This document shows, piece by piece, positions 7,440-15,324 of a stretch of 64,000 nucleotides of DNA; positions within the stretch are counted from its first letter, which is position 1, and each line of letters begins with the position of its first letter. The position numbers and the translations under genes were made by a program. Origin of the DNA: a phage. The notes beneath the pieces are model-generated. The model saw only the letters and a program-made list of their open reading frames with translations. It did no database searches and was not told where the DNA came from. The stretch lies in the NCBI GenBank assembly GCA_011911785.1, contig GCA_011911785.1_4084.1. One strand, given 5' to 3'.

Positions 7440-8024
7440 ATGCGTAATTATACTAAATTCATCCGTACACTGGCAGAAATGGAAACTAATAAAGAGATCC
7501 TTACAGCTTGTCGGTTGGCTGGTCTGGAGATCATCGGGGCCGGATCATCCCGTATCGTATTCGCTTTAAATGATCGGTTAGTGATTAAGGTCGCTAATTG
7601 TGACGCTGGCGTAGAACAAAATGAAACAGAATGTAAGGTATGGAATTTTTTAGATTATGACCGCCCTCACCTTAAACAGTACTTTGCTAAGGTGCATATG
7701 CATTTAAGCGATCCTGATAATATGTTTATTGTTATGGATCGTTTGAGTACTGCAAGCAAAGGCAGTGTAAAGCACGTTAACGCTTGCAATGAATTAAAGT
7801 ACAATGTCAAACGTAACACTATTGAACGCCAACACCATTTCGCTGATGCACTACAACACGTTGATGATACCTTATCAACACTAACGATAAGAGATATCAG
7901 AAAGCAGAACATAGGCCAAGATCGCAATGGCCTGATTAAAGTACTTGATTACGGTTTAACCCGCAATATCTGGAATCAGTACTATAAACAACGCGACGTA
8001 AAAGCCGTAACTATAACACGATAA
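7440..8024 (+). CDS. putative protein kinase-like protein (194 aa)
   Basis: Gly-loop IGAGSSRIVF, VIKV lysine, catalytic-loop-like IRDIRKQNI (compare HRDLKPENI), DFG-like LDYG. Confidence 0.5.
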   Translation: MRNYTKFIRTLAEMETNKEILTACRLAGLEIIGAGSSRIVFALNDRLVIKVANCDAGVEQNETECKVWNFLDYDRPHLKQYFAKVHMHLSDPDNMFIVMDRLSTASKGSVKHVNACNELKYNVKRNTIERQHHFADALQHVDDTLSTLTIRDIRKQNIGQDRNGLIKVLDYGLTRNIWNQYYKQRDVKAVTITR

Positions 8025-8038
8025 AAAAGATTAAAAAA

Positions 8039-8120
8039 GGGATTGACTCCAGTCAGTCCCTTTGCTATTATATAGTCATTGAGAGATAACTCACTGACCC
8101 ATAGGGTGCATAAGTGTATC
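8039..8120 (+). promoter_or_regulatory. repeat copy 3 of 4: terminator hairpin fused to promoter plus conserved leader
   Basis: hairpin GGGATTGAC-tcca-GTCAGTCCC then TTT; TATTAT 8066-8071. Confidence 0.65.
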
Positions 8121-8166
8121 TATAATATAAGTATTGTCAGTACTGAAAACTATTTTTAAAAAGTAC

Positions 8167-8229
8167 TTGCATTGTACTTAGATTCAAGTATAATGTTTTA
8201 CATAGAGAGGGGGAAATAGTTCTCCCTCA
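8167..8229 (+). promoter_or_regulatory. sigma70-like promoter (TTGCAT-N16-TATAAT) plus 5'UTR stem-loop (PeSL-like)
   Basis: AAGTAC-TTGCATT-GTACTT; TATAAT 8189-8194; G-rich hairpin. Confidence 0.6.
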
Positions 8230-8248
8230 AAGAATAAGGAATAAAATC

Positions 8249-8470
8249 ATGACTACAATGACTTGCATTTACGCTTCCAATCTTCTGAATGATGCGGCCT
8301 TTAATGTTGATTCAGAATATCAATGTTATCGGGATGAAAATAAAAAAGTTTTTGTAGTTGATAATAATGGTTTCCATATTGAATTACAATCCGGCTTCAC
8401 TGGTGTTGATGGTAAATCAGTATGGGGCGTTCAGGATGATAAAGGCACATATCATTTTAAACGTAATTAA
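8249..8470 (+). CDS. hypothetical protein (73 aa)
   Basis: RBS AAGGAA upstream. Confidence 0.55.
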   Translation: MTTMTCIYASNLLNDAAFNVDSEYQCYRDENKKVFVVDNNGFHIELQSGFTGVDGKSVWGVQDDKGTYHFKRN

Positions 8471-8473
8471 GTA

Positions 8474-8532
8474 TTGACAAAGTATATCAGTACTGTATAA
8501 TAGTTTACATCAAGGGGAGAATAGTTCTCCCC
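8474..8532 (+). promoter_or_regulatory. sigma70-like promoter plus 5'UTR stem-loop (PeSL-like)
   Basis: TTGACA 8474-8479, AGTACTG-TATAAT 8496-8501, hairpin GGGGAGAAtagTTCTCCCC 8514-8532. Confidence 0.65.
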
Positions 8533-8553
8533 GATACTAAAAGGAATAAAATC

Positions 8554-8961
8554 ATGACTACTACTAATCAAGCTCGGTCCATCACCAACGATAAAAATCA
8601 TGCTGCAATGGTCGCTGGTTACATTGAAGCTATGCAATTCAGTACTGTACACAATGAGAACGGCGACTACCTGGAAGATTATGAATTATCAGAGCAAGCC
8701 CATCAAGCGGCAGTGATTGCATGTTCTCGTTTCCTTGAGAAGTTTAGTAATGAAATGGAAGCAGTACAAAAACACCATAATCCTGATTATACTTATAGTC
8801 ATGCAGGTCATGATCTCTTTCTTACCCGCGAAGGTCACGGTACTGGCTTTTGGGATCGTGATATCGGTCACTATGACGATGTATTCACTAAGTACTGCGA
8901 AGAAATCAACGTTTGCGATCCCTATGTAGGCGATGATAATCTAATCTATATGGGCGAATAA
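8554..8961 (+). CDS. hypothetical protein (135 aa)
   Basis: RBS AAGGAA; His/Gly-rich motif HAGHDLFLTREGHGTGFWD. Confidence 0.6.
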   Translation: MTTTNQARSITNDKNHAAMVAGYIEAMQFSTVHNENGDYLEDYELSEQAHQAAVIACSRFLEKFSNEMEAVQKHHNPDYTYSHAGHDLFLTREGHGTGFWDRDIGHYDDVFTKYCEEINVCDPYVGDDNLIYMGE

Positions 8962-8967
8962 AAGTAT

Positions 8968-9026
8968 TTGACAAAGCATATCAGTACTGTATAATAGTTT
9001 ACATCAAGGGGAGAATAGTTCTCCCC
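8968..9026 (+). promoter_or_regulatory. sigma70-like promoter plus 5'UTR stem-loop (PeSL-like)
   Basis: near-identical copy of cassette at 8474; TTGACA 8968-8973, TATAAT 8990-8995. Confidence 0.65.
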
Positions 9027-9048
9027 ACTACTAAAAGGAAACAAAATT

Positions 9049-9321
9049 ATGTCTAGCTACTCCGCTACTATGATCATCAAAGATATGAACGGTAATCCTA
9101 CTTCCGCTGGTGGATCATTTGGAAACATTAACTTAGATGGTCGGTTATCAATGGAATCAGCCATCAATGCAGCGAAAGAAGTTTTTAAGAATGAATGTAC
9201 TGTAAGCAAGCTGGATTATATGGGCTTCGCTATCGAGAAAACTAAACGTTTTGTGGACTACAAAAATCCACTGATGATTGATACTAACCTGAAAGCTAAC
9301 GAAGTGGAATACTTATTATGA
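9049..9321 (+). CDS. hypothetical protein (90 aa)
   Basis: RBS AAGGAAA upstream. Confidence 0.55.
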   Translation: MSSYSATMIIKDMNGNPTSAGGSFGNINLDGRLSMESAINAAKEVFKNECTVSKLDYMGFAIEKTKRFVDYKNPLMIDTNLKANEVEYLL

Positions 9322-9509
9322 CAGTTGATGAAGTTAAAAAAGTACTGGCAGTACTACGCTATCATAATCATTGTAAGGTTAAGAATGATCCTGATTATGT
9401 TGATTCATCCCTGGAGGAAGACACCTTAAACGCGATAAGCCATATGCAAACATTAGCAAAGCGTATGACCGAAAAGAATAGGCCGGACTATATCGGAAAT
9501 AAAATTTAA
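9318..9509 (+). CDS. hypothetical protein (63 aa)
   Basis: ATGA stop/start overlap with previous ORF. Confidence 0.5.
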   Translation: MTVDEVKKVLAVLRYHNHCKVKNDPDYVDSSLEEDTLNAISHMQTLAKRMTEKNRPDYIGNKI

Positions 9510-9516
9510 AAAGTAC

Positions 9517-9578
9517 TTGCATTGTAGTTAGATTAACGTATAATGTTTTATATCGAGAGGGGGAAATGGTTTCCCCTC
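9517..9578 (+). promoter_or_regulatory. sigma70-like promoter (TTGCAT-N16-TATAAT) plus 5'UTR stem-loop
   Basis: TATAAT 9539-9544; hairpin GAGGGGGAAAtggTTTCCCCTC. Confidence 0.6.
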
Positions 9579-9596
9579 AAGTCCAGGAGATACACC

Positions 9597-9863
9597 ATGA
9601 ACACTATCGAAATCACTATCAATGCTCACGTATACGACAACGTAGTACTGCAAACTACTATGACCGCTAACGATACCAGTACTTTGCGGAATACTGTTAT
9701 AAGTGCTGTATGTGCCGCTATCGGTGATGTATCCCTGGAAAACGCAGAACACATCAATAACGGTTTCACTATGTGCAAACGTGATAACGCAAAACATATC
9801 ATCGTAGAAGGTTACGGCGGTGTAGAATATAATCTTTATATGAAAAAAGTACTTGCATCGTAA
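9597..9863 (+). CDS. hypothetical protein (88 aa)
   Basis: track ORF 9543 trimmed to ATG after RBS AGGAGA. Confidence 0.55.
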   Translation: MNTIEITINAHVYDNVVLQTTMTANDTSTLRNTVISAVCAAIGDVSLENAEHINNGFTMCKRDNAKHIIVEGYGGVEYNLYMKKVLAS

Positions 9864-9909
9864 GTAAAACAAAGTATAATGTTTTGCATAGGGGGAGATA
9901 TCCTCCCCC
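9853..9909 (+). promoter_or_regulatory. sigma70-like promoter (TTGCAT-N16-TATAAT) plus 5'UTR stem-loop
   Basis: TATAAT 9875-9880; hairpin GGGGGAGatatCCTCCCCC. Confidence 0.6.
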
Positions 9910-9928
9910 ACTAATAAGGAGTACTACG

Positions 9929-10153
9929 ATGGCTAATCATGATGAACTGATTCGGGAAGTAGCTAACCTGGCGGCAGAAAAGAAATCATTTGATTCTATC
10001 TATAACACCGCTCACCGTGATTCAGTACTGGCATGTAATCAGGATCAAAAAGATGAACTGATCGCAACCTATCATGAAGCGTGGAAGTATTACCGTCAAT
10101 GGGAGAAAGAAGAAAAAGCATCAACCATAAGAGGATTAAATAATCTAGTATAA
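9929..10153 (+). CDS. hypothetical protein (74 aa)
   Basis: track ORF 9884 trimmed to ATG after RBS AAGGAG. Confidence 0.55.
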   Translation: MANHDELIREVANLAAEKKSFDSIYNTAHRDSVLACNQDQKDELIATYHEAWKYYRQWEKEEKASTIRGLNNLV

Positions 10154-10160
10154 CAATAAA

Positions 10161-10189
10161 AGGGGATGATAATATCCCCTTAATAATTT
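10161..10189 (+). terminator. putative intrinsic terminator
   Basis: stem AGGGGAT/ATCCCCT followed by an A/T-rich tract. Confidence 0.45.
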
Positions 10190-10205
10190 CTATAATAGGT
10201 TAACA

Positions 10206-10472
10206 ATGAAAAAGAAAACAACATATCGCTATAATAAAAATTATCAATCCGTTGTATTAGATCACTCTATGCTCCCGCTCGTTGTCCCTGCCGTTGGTGT
10301 AGTCTATCAATCCATATACTGGTCAAGGAAACAACAAAAGTACTTAAAAGGCCCAATAGCACGCTATGAGGGTAATGGTGTATGGTCCGATCCGTTACAT
10401 CCAATCACTACGCGTTATATTGAATATTTTCCTTATTGTGACTACATTGAAATACATCCTAAATTTAATTGA
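10206..10472 (+). CDS. hypothetical protein (88 aa), paralog of 10553-10810
   Basis: shared motif GNGxWxDPxxP...DYIE with the next ORF. Confidence 0.55.
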   Translation: MKKKTTYRYNKNYQSVVLDHSMLPLVVPAVGVVYQSIYWSRKQQKYLKGPIARYEGNGVWSDPLHPITTRYIEYFPYCDYIEIHPKFN

Positions 10473-10477
10473 TAGTA

Positions 10478-10531
10478 TTGACAGTACTAACTGATAGTGT
10501 ATAATGTTTTGCATAGGGGGAATACTCCCCC
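10478..10531 (+). promoter_or_regulatory. sigma70-like promoter plus 5'UTR stem-loop
   Basis: TTGACA 10478-10483, TATAAT 10500-10505, hairpin GGGGG-aatact-CCCCC. Confidence 0.6.
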
Positions 10532-10552
10532 AATATTAAAAGGGGAAACATC

Positions 10553-10810
10553 ATGGAACAATTCACACAATATCGGGTAAATCCTCAAGCTATGGCCTAC
10601 GTAGAAGACCATAAAACGTTACCAGTACTGCAACCAGTTAAAGGCCGTATCTATCGTGGCCTTGCATGGAATACGGCCCAGGATGGATATAAAACCGTTG
10701 CCGTGGGGATGTATTGCGGTAATGGTGAATGGTTTGATCCAAATAATCCGGTAGCTATTGACAGTACTGAAAAAATGAAATGGGCCGACTATATCGAGGA
10801 TATCTCATAA
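10553..10810 (+). CDS. hypothetical protein (85 aa), paralog of 10206-10472
   Basis: RBS AAGGGGAAA; shared motif CGNGEWFDPNNP. Confidence 0.55.
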   Translation: MEQFTQYRVNPQAMAYVEDHKTLPVLQPVKGRIYRGLAWNTAQDGYKTVAVGMYCGNGEWFDPNNPVAIDSTEKMKWADYIEDIS

Positions 10811-10816
10811 AACTAT

Positions 10817-10877
10817 TTGACAGTACTATCATATAGTGTATAATGTTTTACATAGAGCGGGGGAATAGTTCTCCCGC
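10817..10877 (+). promoter_or_regulatory. sigma70-like promoter plus 5'UTR stem-loop
   Basis: TTGACA 10817-10822, TATAAT 10839-10844, hairpin GCGGGGGAAtagTTCTCCCGC. Confidence 0.6.
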
Positions 10878-10899
10878 CAATAGTTTGGAGTAAAACATT

Positions 10900-11100
10900 A
10901 TGTCAATCGCTAACGAAATGATCGCAGTACTGAAAGAAGCTAAAGCCAACCTGATCGACGTAAAGATCCAGGAACTACAATCCGGCTTAATCGGCTGTAC
11001 TTGTACCGCTGGTGGGGCGACAGATTATCGTGAATTCGAATCACTCGAATCGATGGTTCGGTATCTTACAATGATCGTGGAAGATTGGAAGATCATCTAA
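10900..11100 (+). CDS. hypothetical protein (66 aa)
   Basis: RBS GGAG upstream. Confidence 0.55.
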   Translation: MSIANEMIAVLKEAKANLIDVKIQELQSGLIGCTCTAGGATDYREFESLESMVRYLTMIVEDWKII

Positions 11101-11118
11101 CAAAAAAGAATAAAAAAA

Positions 11119-11196
11119 GGGATTGACTCCGGTCAGTCCCTTTGCTATTATATACGCATAGACAAAAACTAGCCCACAGGGTGCATAAGTGTATCC
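11119..11196 (+). promoter_or_regulatory. repeat copy 4 of 4: terminator hairpin fused to promoter plus conserved leader
   Basis: hairpin GGGATTGAC-tccg-GTCAGTCCC then TTT; TATTAT 11146-11151. Confidence 0.65.
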
Positions 11197-11264
11197 AAAA
11201 TATATAGTTAATAACGGTGAGTAACTATCTGCTGGTGGAGTGAAAACTATTAATAAAAAAAGTA

Positions 11265-11293
11265 TTGACAAAGTATATCAGTACTGCAATAAT
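11265..11293 (+). promoter_or_regulatory. sigma70-like promoter (TTGACA-N17-AATAAT)
   Basis: TTGACA 11265-11270, AGTACTG, weaker -10. Confidence 0.45.
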
Positions 11294-11347
11294 GTATCTC
11301 GTAGGGCGGCAATGGTGCGACGGCCCACAAAGTTAGGAGATTCACAA

Positions 11348-11680
11348 ATGAGTACTTCAATCGCCATCGTTAATGCTTTCATCCGTACCAATGTTTCTTC
11401 TGTATTCATCGACGGACTGGATCGGGAAGTAGAATACTCAATCATTATCGCACAGACTGCAAACGGTGCTCGGTATATCCTCAATGATAGCGAAGCAAAT
11501 CACTACTACTACACTAAAGCTACTGGCTTTAAACGCATCGATGCGGACGTAGTATACGCTAAGATGAATAAGCTGGTAGACAAGATTAACGCTAAAGGTA
11601 CTATCGATTTACAGTACTGGACCGAAACCGATCCAGAATATGGATCTCACCGCTACCTGAATCCAGGTATTAAAATGTAA
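11348..11680 (+). CDS. hypothetical protein (110 aa)
   Basis: track ORF 11240 trimmed to ATG after RBS AGGAGA. Confidence 0.55.
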   Translation: MSTSIAIVNAFIRTNVSSVFIDGLDREVEYSIIIAQTANGARYILNDSEANHYYYTKATGFKRIDADVVYAKMNKLVDKINAKGTIDLQYWTETDPEYGSHRYLNPGIKM

Positions 11681-11687
11681 AAAGTAC

Positions 11688-11749
11688 TTGCATAGTACTT
11701 AGTAAAGTGTATAATGTTTTACATAGAGAGGGGGAAATGGTTCTCCCTC
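11688..11749 (+). promoter_or_regulatory. sigma70-like promoter (TTGCAT-N16-TATAAT) plus 5'UTR stem-loop
   Basis: TATAAT 11710-11715; G-rich hairpin 11728-11749. Confidence 0.6.
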
Positions 11750-11769
11750 CTAAATTAAGGAGTACTACC

Positions 11770-12171
11770 ATGACTTTCTCAATCACTTCCTACGCTGACG
11801 TTTTAGTACTGGCTCGGACTTTTGGTAAAGCTGGCATGGAGTATGCTGTAAACAATGGTCACATGCACCCTGAATATTGCCGCATCATTGGAAGCTGTAA
11901 ACGTTGGGCAACTAACAATACGATTGAACTGGAAAACTTCAATGATGGTAACAATGAATATACTGTTGATGCAGTATTTGAAGCCGTTGATCTCGGCGGT
12001 ATCTATAACACTAACCTGAATGATGTGCGTATCGTTCGCACGGGGTTCGGTGCTTATGATGTATCCATCCGTGAAGCTATGGACACGGGATACATTAGTA
12101 AGGACTTGCTCGCTTACATCATGCAGCAGACTAAGGAGCGTAACGAAGCACGCACTATCTTAGGACTGTAA
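11770..12171 (+). CDS. hypothetical protein (133 aa)
   Basis: track ORF 11707 trimmed to ATG after RBS AAGGAG. Confidence 0.6.
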   Translation: MTFSITSYADVLVLARTFGKAGMEYAVNNGHMHPEYCRIIGSCKRWATNNTIELENFNDGNNEYTVDAVFEAVDLGGIYNTNLNDVRIVRTGFGAYDVSIREAMDTGYISKDLLAYIMQQTKERNEARTILGL

Positions 12172-12195
12172 GCATTACACATCACCAAACATCAT

Positions 12196-12215
12196 AGGCC
12201 GCTCTCTAGCGGCCT
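12196..12215 (+). other. GC-rich hairpin (weak terminator candidate, no T-run)
   Basis: stem AGGCCGCT/AGCGGCCT. Confidence 0.3.
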
Positions 12216-12239
12216 TAACTATATCAGGAGTACACACAC

Positions 12240-12449
12240 ATGATCTATACAGTATACAGCGTTCTAGGTACTATTGCAGGCGTACATGATAACGTCGATG
12301 ATGCTATGCGTACAGTACTGCAACAGGTTCCACTAAAGCCTAAGACTATTAAGCAGATGACAGCACGACTAACCAGGGCAAAGGCTGGCGGTGAAGTCTG
12401 GCAGGACTACGCGGATACGCAGATTATCATTGCAGTAAGTAATGATTAA
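12240..12449 (+). CDS. hypothetical protein (69 aa)
   Basis: RBS AGGAG upstream. Confidence 0.55.
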   Translation: MIYTVYSVLGTIAGVHDNVDDAMRTVLQQVPLKPKTIKQMTARLTRAKAGGEVWQDYADTQIIIAVSND

Positions 12450-12492
12450 TGAATTAAATGATTCAGTACTAAAACTATTAGTCAGAAAATAA

Positions 12493-12527
12493 TCGGTGCA
12501 TTTTAAAAATGCATCGTTTTTTATTTT
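12493..12527 (+). terminator. rho-independent terminator
   Basis: palindrome TGCATTTT-A-AAAATGCA followed by TTTTTT. Confidence 0.6.
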
Positions 12528-12684
12528 AACCAGTACACTATAACGTATGAAATAGTTTCGACCTGTGATTATATTCTTAGGCAACTAGGGGCAGGTAATG
12601 CTTAGCTGCGTGTATAGGGGTTCATAGGTGGGACAAAATTGTTTCGTATGCTACAATCATAACAAATAACATAAGGAGAAACCA

Positions 12685-13107
12685 ATGATTAAATTTAAAG
12701 TTGATTATAATTCTAATATACAAATGGATGCAAATGTTCAATTTCCAAAAAACTTACTAAAAATGTCATTCAGTTATCATATACCATCGAATTCTATGTT
12801 GATTGATTGTGTTAATAAGAATGAAGATGTTATGCGTTCAAGTGTTTATTTCATAAGTGATGATTCTGAAATATTTAACATTGAATATTCAGATTATAAA
12901 GGTCAATTTGTTTTAGATACACCCAGTAACCAATATAAATTCAACATTCTTGATGTATCAAATACAGTAATTAGTTCGTTTGATGTGGGTAATTTATCTG
13001 TTCCACATGACAACGGTGTATCTGGGGATTTATATGAAAACACCATGCCATATACTAAACAAGAAAATATGAGTATTAACGATATATGTAATTATTTGAA
13101 AAAATAA
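12685..13107 (+). CDS. hypothetical protein (140 aa)
   Basis: RBS AAGGAGA upstream; AT-rich composition like the downstream arrays. Confidence 0.6.
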   Translation: MIKFKVDYNSNIQMDANVQFPKNLLKMSFSYHIPSNSMLIDCVNKNEDVMRSSVYFISDDSEIFNIEYSDYKGQFVLDTPSNQYKFNILDVSNTVISSFDVGNLSVPHDNGVSGDLYENTMPYTKQENMSINDICNYLKK

Positions 13108-13114
13108 GTTCTAC

Positions 13115-13143
13115 TTGACATCATGCCTCGTATGGGGTATGAT
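13115..13143 (+). promoter_or_regulatory. sigma70-like promoter (TTGACA-N17-TATGAT) heading the small-protein array
   Basis: TTGACA 13115-13120, TATGAT 13138-13143. Confidence 0.55.
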
Positions 13144-13177
13144 GTTTTTTCATATATGAACCTATGGAATTTGCCCT

Positions 13178-13375
13178 ATGCGTATTTTAACCCAAGAAGA
13201 GCATCACGAAAGACTTATCAATAACATGGCTATGATAATGTATAAGTCACATAAACGTGGTAATGCCTATAAACGTGAATTAGTTATGGAACTATTCTTA
13301 GGAACTAACTTACAAAATGAATATGTTAAACTATATGTAAAAGAGTTATGTTTAGAGATAAATGGTAAACTATGA
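13178..13375 (+). CDS. LGTNYQ-family small protein (65 aa)
   Basis: motif FLGTNLQNEYV; first array member. Confidence 0.6.
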   Translation: MRILTQEEHHERLINNMAMIMYKSHKRGNAYKRELVMELFLGTNLQNEYVKLYVKELCLEINGKL

Positions 13376-13572
13376 AAATGCGTACATTAACTCAAGATGA
13401 ATATCATCATATACTACGTAAAAACACGGCAAGGATTTACCAAAGCAATGTGCACTTAGAAAGAGTTGAGTTGTACCTTTTGATTACGATGGGAACAAAC
13501 TATCAGGAAGTGTGGATAACTCACTATTTGGAATCTTTGAAAGCTGACATACGAGCGAGGTGCAAACATTGA
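13372..13572 (+). CDS. LGTNYQ-family small protein (66 aa)
   Basis: motif TMGTNYQEVWI; ATGA overlap. Confidence 0.6.
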   Translation: MKMRTLTQDEYHHILRKNTARIYQSNVHLERVELYLLITMGTNYQEVWITHYLESLKADIRARCKH

Positions 13573-13778
13573 AAATCATAACACAGACACAAGCATTTGG
13601 TCGTATATTGAAATACCTTGATGACATGATAGATATACATAGTGACCTCCCTAAAACTGTAATCGACGCCAAAAGAGCAGAATATCGCATGATGGCTGTA
13701 CTGGACACAAACTTTCAGGAAGAGTATGTCAATGATTGGATTGGATTTTTAATTGAAGATATAAAGAGTAAACTATGA
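13569..13778 (+). CDS. LGTNYQ-family small protein (about 69 aa), probable TTG start
   Basis: motif VLDTNFQEEYV; RBS GAGG 9 nt upstream of TTG overlapping the previous stop (TTGA). Confidence 0.5.
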   Translation: MKIITQTQAFGRILKYLDDMIDIHSDLPKTVIDAKRAEYRMMAVLDTNFQEEYVNDWIGFLIEDIKSKL

Positions 13779-13987
13779 TTATATTAACACCAGAGCAATA
13801 TAGGAAACGTTACAATTCTAAGCAGATTGAAATCTTGCTGATATATGCAGACAGGGATGATGTATACTTATCAAAAGTTATGGAAAAAGAATTACTTATG
13901 GGTGTCTTCTTAGGAACTGACCACCAGAAATCTTATGTCCAAGAGTATCTAATAGCTCTTGAGAAATACATCAGGAGTAAACTATGA
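13775..13987 (+). CDS. LGTNYQ-family small protein (70 aa)
   Basis: motif FLGTDHQKSYV; ATGA overlap. Confidence 0.6.
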   Translation: MIILTPEQYRKRYNSKQIEILLIYADRDDVYLSKVMEKELLMGVFLGTDHQKSYVQEYLIALEKYIRSKL

Positions 13988-14208
13988 ACTGCATTAATAA
14001 CTTTGAATACGAGGCTCGCTCAAGGTGTGCATCTCAAAAAGAGAACCACATTTACTTCACTATGATGTACTTATCTTGGAATGAAATTGAAGAAATGGTT
14101 GCTGAAGTATGGCTGTTTGAATTCATGGGGACGCAGTATCAGAATAGGTTTGTGGGTGAGTATCTTAATGTTCTTATGAAACATATAGAAAGAAAGGGAA
14201 TGAACTAA
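13984..14208 (+). CDS. LGTNYQ-family small protein (74 aa)
   Basis: motif FMGTQYQNRFV; ATGA overlap. Confidence 0.6.
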   Translation: MNCINNFEYEARSRCASQKENHIYFTMMYLSWNEIEEMVAEVWLFEFMGTQYQNRFVGEYLNVLMKHIERKGMN

Positions 14209-14459
14209 TGAAAGTATTATCAAGCACTGAGTATCAATCTGCCCTATTCTCTCTTATCAATACCCTTCGCAAGAACAATGAACTTTATCCTTCCCCTGAG
14301 AATGATGTAGTTAATGGTGACGTGTTTCTACTTAAATTCGTTGGGACTAATAAACAAGTTATCTTCACTGATCGTTATATCAATGCACTAAGAAACCTTG
14401 TAGCGTATAAAACCCGCCAGGCCAAAAGAGAATGGAAGAGACAATGCGATCCAGAATAA
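14208..14459 (+). CDS. LGTNYQ-family small protein (83 aa)
   Basis: motif FVGTNKQVIF; TAATG overlap. Confidence 0.6.
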   Translation: MKVLSSTEYQSALFSLINTLRKNNELYPSPENDVVNGDVFLLKFVGTNKQVIFTDRYINALRNLVAYKTRQAKREWKRQCDPE

Positions 14460-14692
14460 ATCACATCATGTACGTTAAACTATTTCAGAAACTAATCCAC
14501 AAACACTATGATACAGTATCTGATAAACTCACTAATGATATCAGCAGACTTATTCACTGTGAAGCAGAGATGCTTGTACTGATGACGGGAGACGATACAC
14601 AAACAATCGCTAAGGCAATAGAGAACTATCTGGAAGCATATCAACAACATATAAGAACGGAAGTCTGGAGACGAGAGAATGAAAATCCTTAG
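14432..14692 (+). CDS. divergent LGTNYQ-family small protein (86 aa)
   Basis: degenerate motif LMTGDDTQTI; start may be ATG 14444. Confidence 0.5.
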   Translation: MEETMRSRINHIMYVKLFQKLIHKHYDTVSDKLTNDISRLIHCEAEMLVLMTGDDTQTIAKAIENYLEAYQQHIRTEVWRRENENP

Positions 14693-14894
14693 TGGGTATG
14701 AATATTACAGGCTGTTGCGAACTATACAAGCAAAAGTTTCTAGTATTTCTTTAAACAAATCTATTGCACAAGTGGACAAATGTGTTATAATAACTGAAAT
14801 GAAGCTATCTATCTTCATTGGGACAAACTATCAAAGCATCTACACTGACGCATGGTTAGCAAGTCTACGTAACAAGGTGATATCCAGAGAATGA
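14679..14894 (+). CDS. LGTNYQ-family small protein (71 aa)
   Basis: motif FIGTNYQSIY. Confidence 0.6.
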   Translation: MKILSGYEYYRLLRTIQAKVSSISLNKSIAQVDKCVIITEMKLSIFIGTNYQSIYTDAWLASLRNKVISRE

Positions 14895-15109
14895 AAAATT
14901 TACAAGGTTTTGAATATATTAAGCTTCTGCAAACCTGTGAAATCCAAAGAAGAAAGATTCAAAAGGCTAAAAGAATTACCGCAGAACGAAAGTTTACACT
15001 GATAACTGAAGTCTATGTAGAGGCACTCTTAGGCACAAACTATCAACAAACGTATATAGACCTATGGATCGATGCACTCCAGAAAGAGGTTAAAAGTAAA
15101 TGCAAATGA
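14891..15109 (+). CDS. LGTNYQ-family small protein (72 aa)
   Basis: motif LLGTNYQQTY; ATGA overlap. Confidence 0.6.
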   Translation: MKNLQGFEYIKLLQTCEIQRRKIQKAKRITAERKFTLITEVYVEALLGTNYQQTYIDLWIDALQKEVKSKCK

Positions 15110-15324
15110 TTAATTTAAGTAAAGATGAATATTATGTACGTCTTGCAAAAACTTATTCATTACGCAAGGCCATTTATGAAAGTCACATTATTGAACAATC
15201 AAATAAGTGGATTGTAGTAAATGAGATCAAGATGCTTTCAGTCTTAGGAACAAACTATCAAGCGAGTGCTGTACTGAAGGTCATTAATGCACTTCAAAAT
15301 GAGGTCCAAAGTAAATGCAAATGA
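15100..15324 (+). CDS. LGTNYQ-family small protein (74 aa)
   Basis: motif VLGTNYQASA; conserved junction AAATGCAAATGA. Confidence 0.6.
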   Translation: MQMINLSKDEYYVRLAKTYSLRKAIYESHIIEQSNKWIVVNEIKMLSVLGTNYQASAVLKVINALQNEVQSKCK

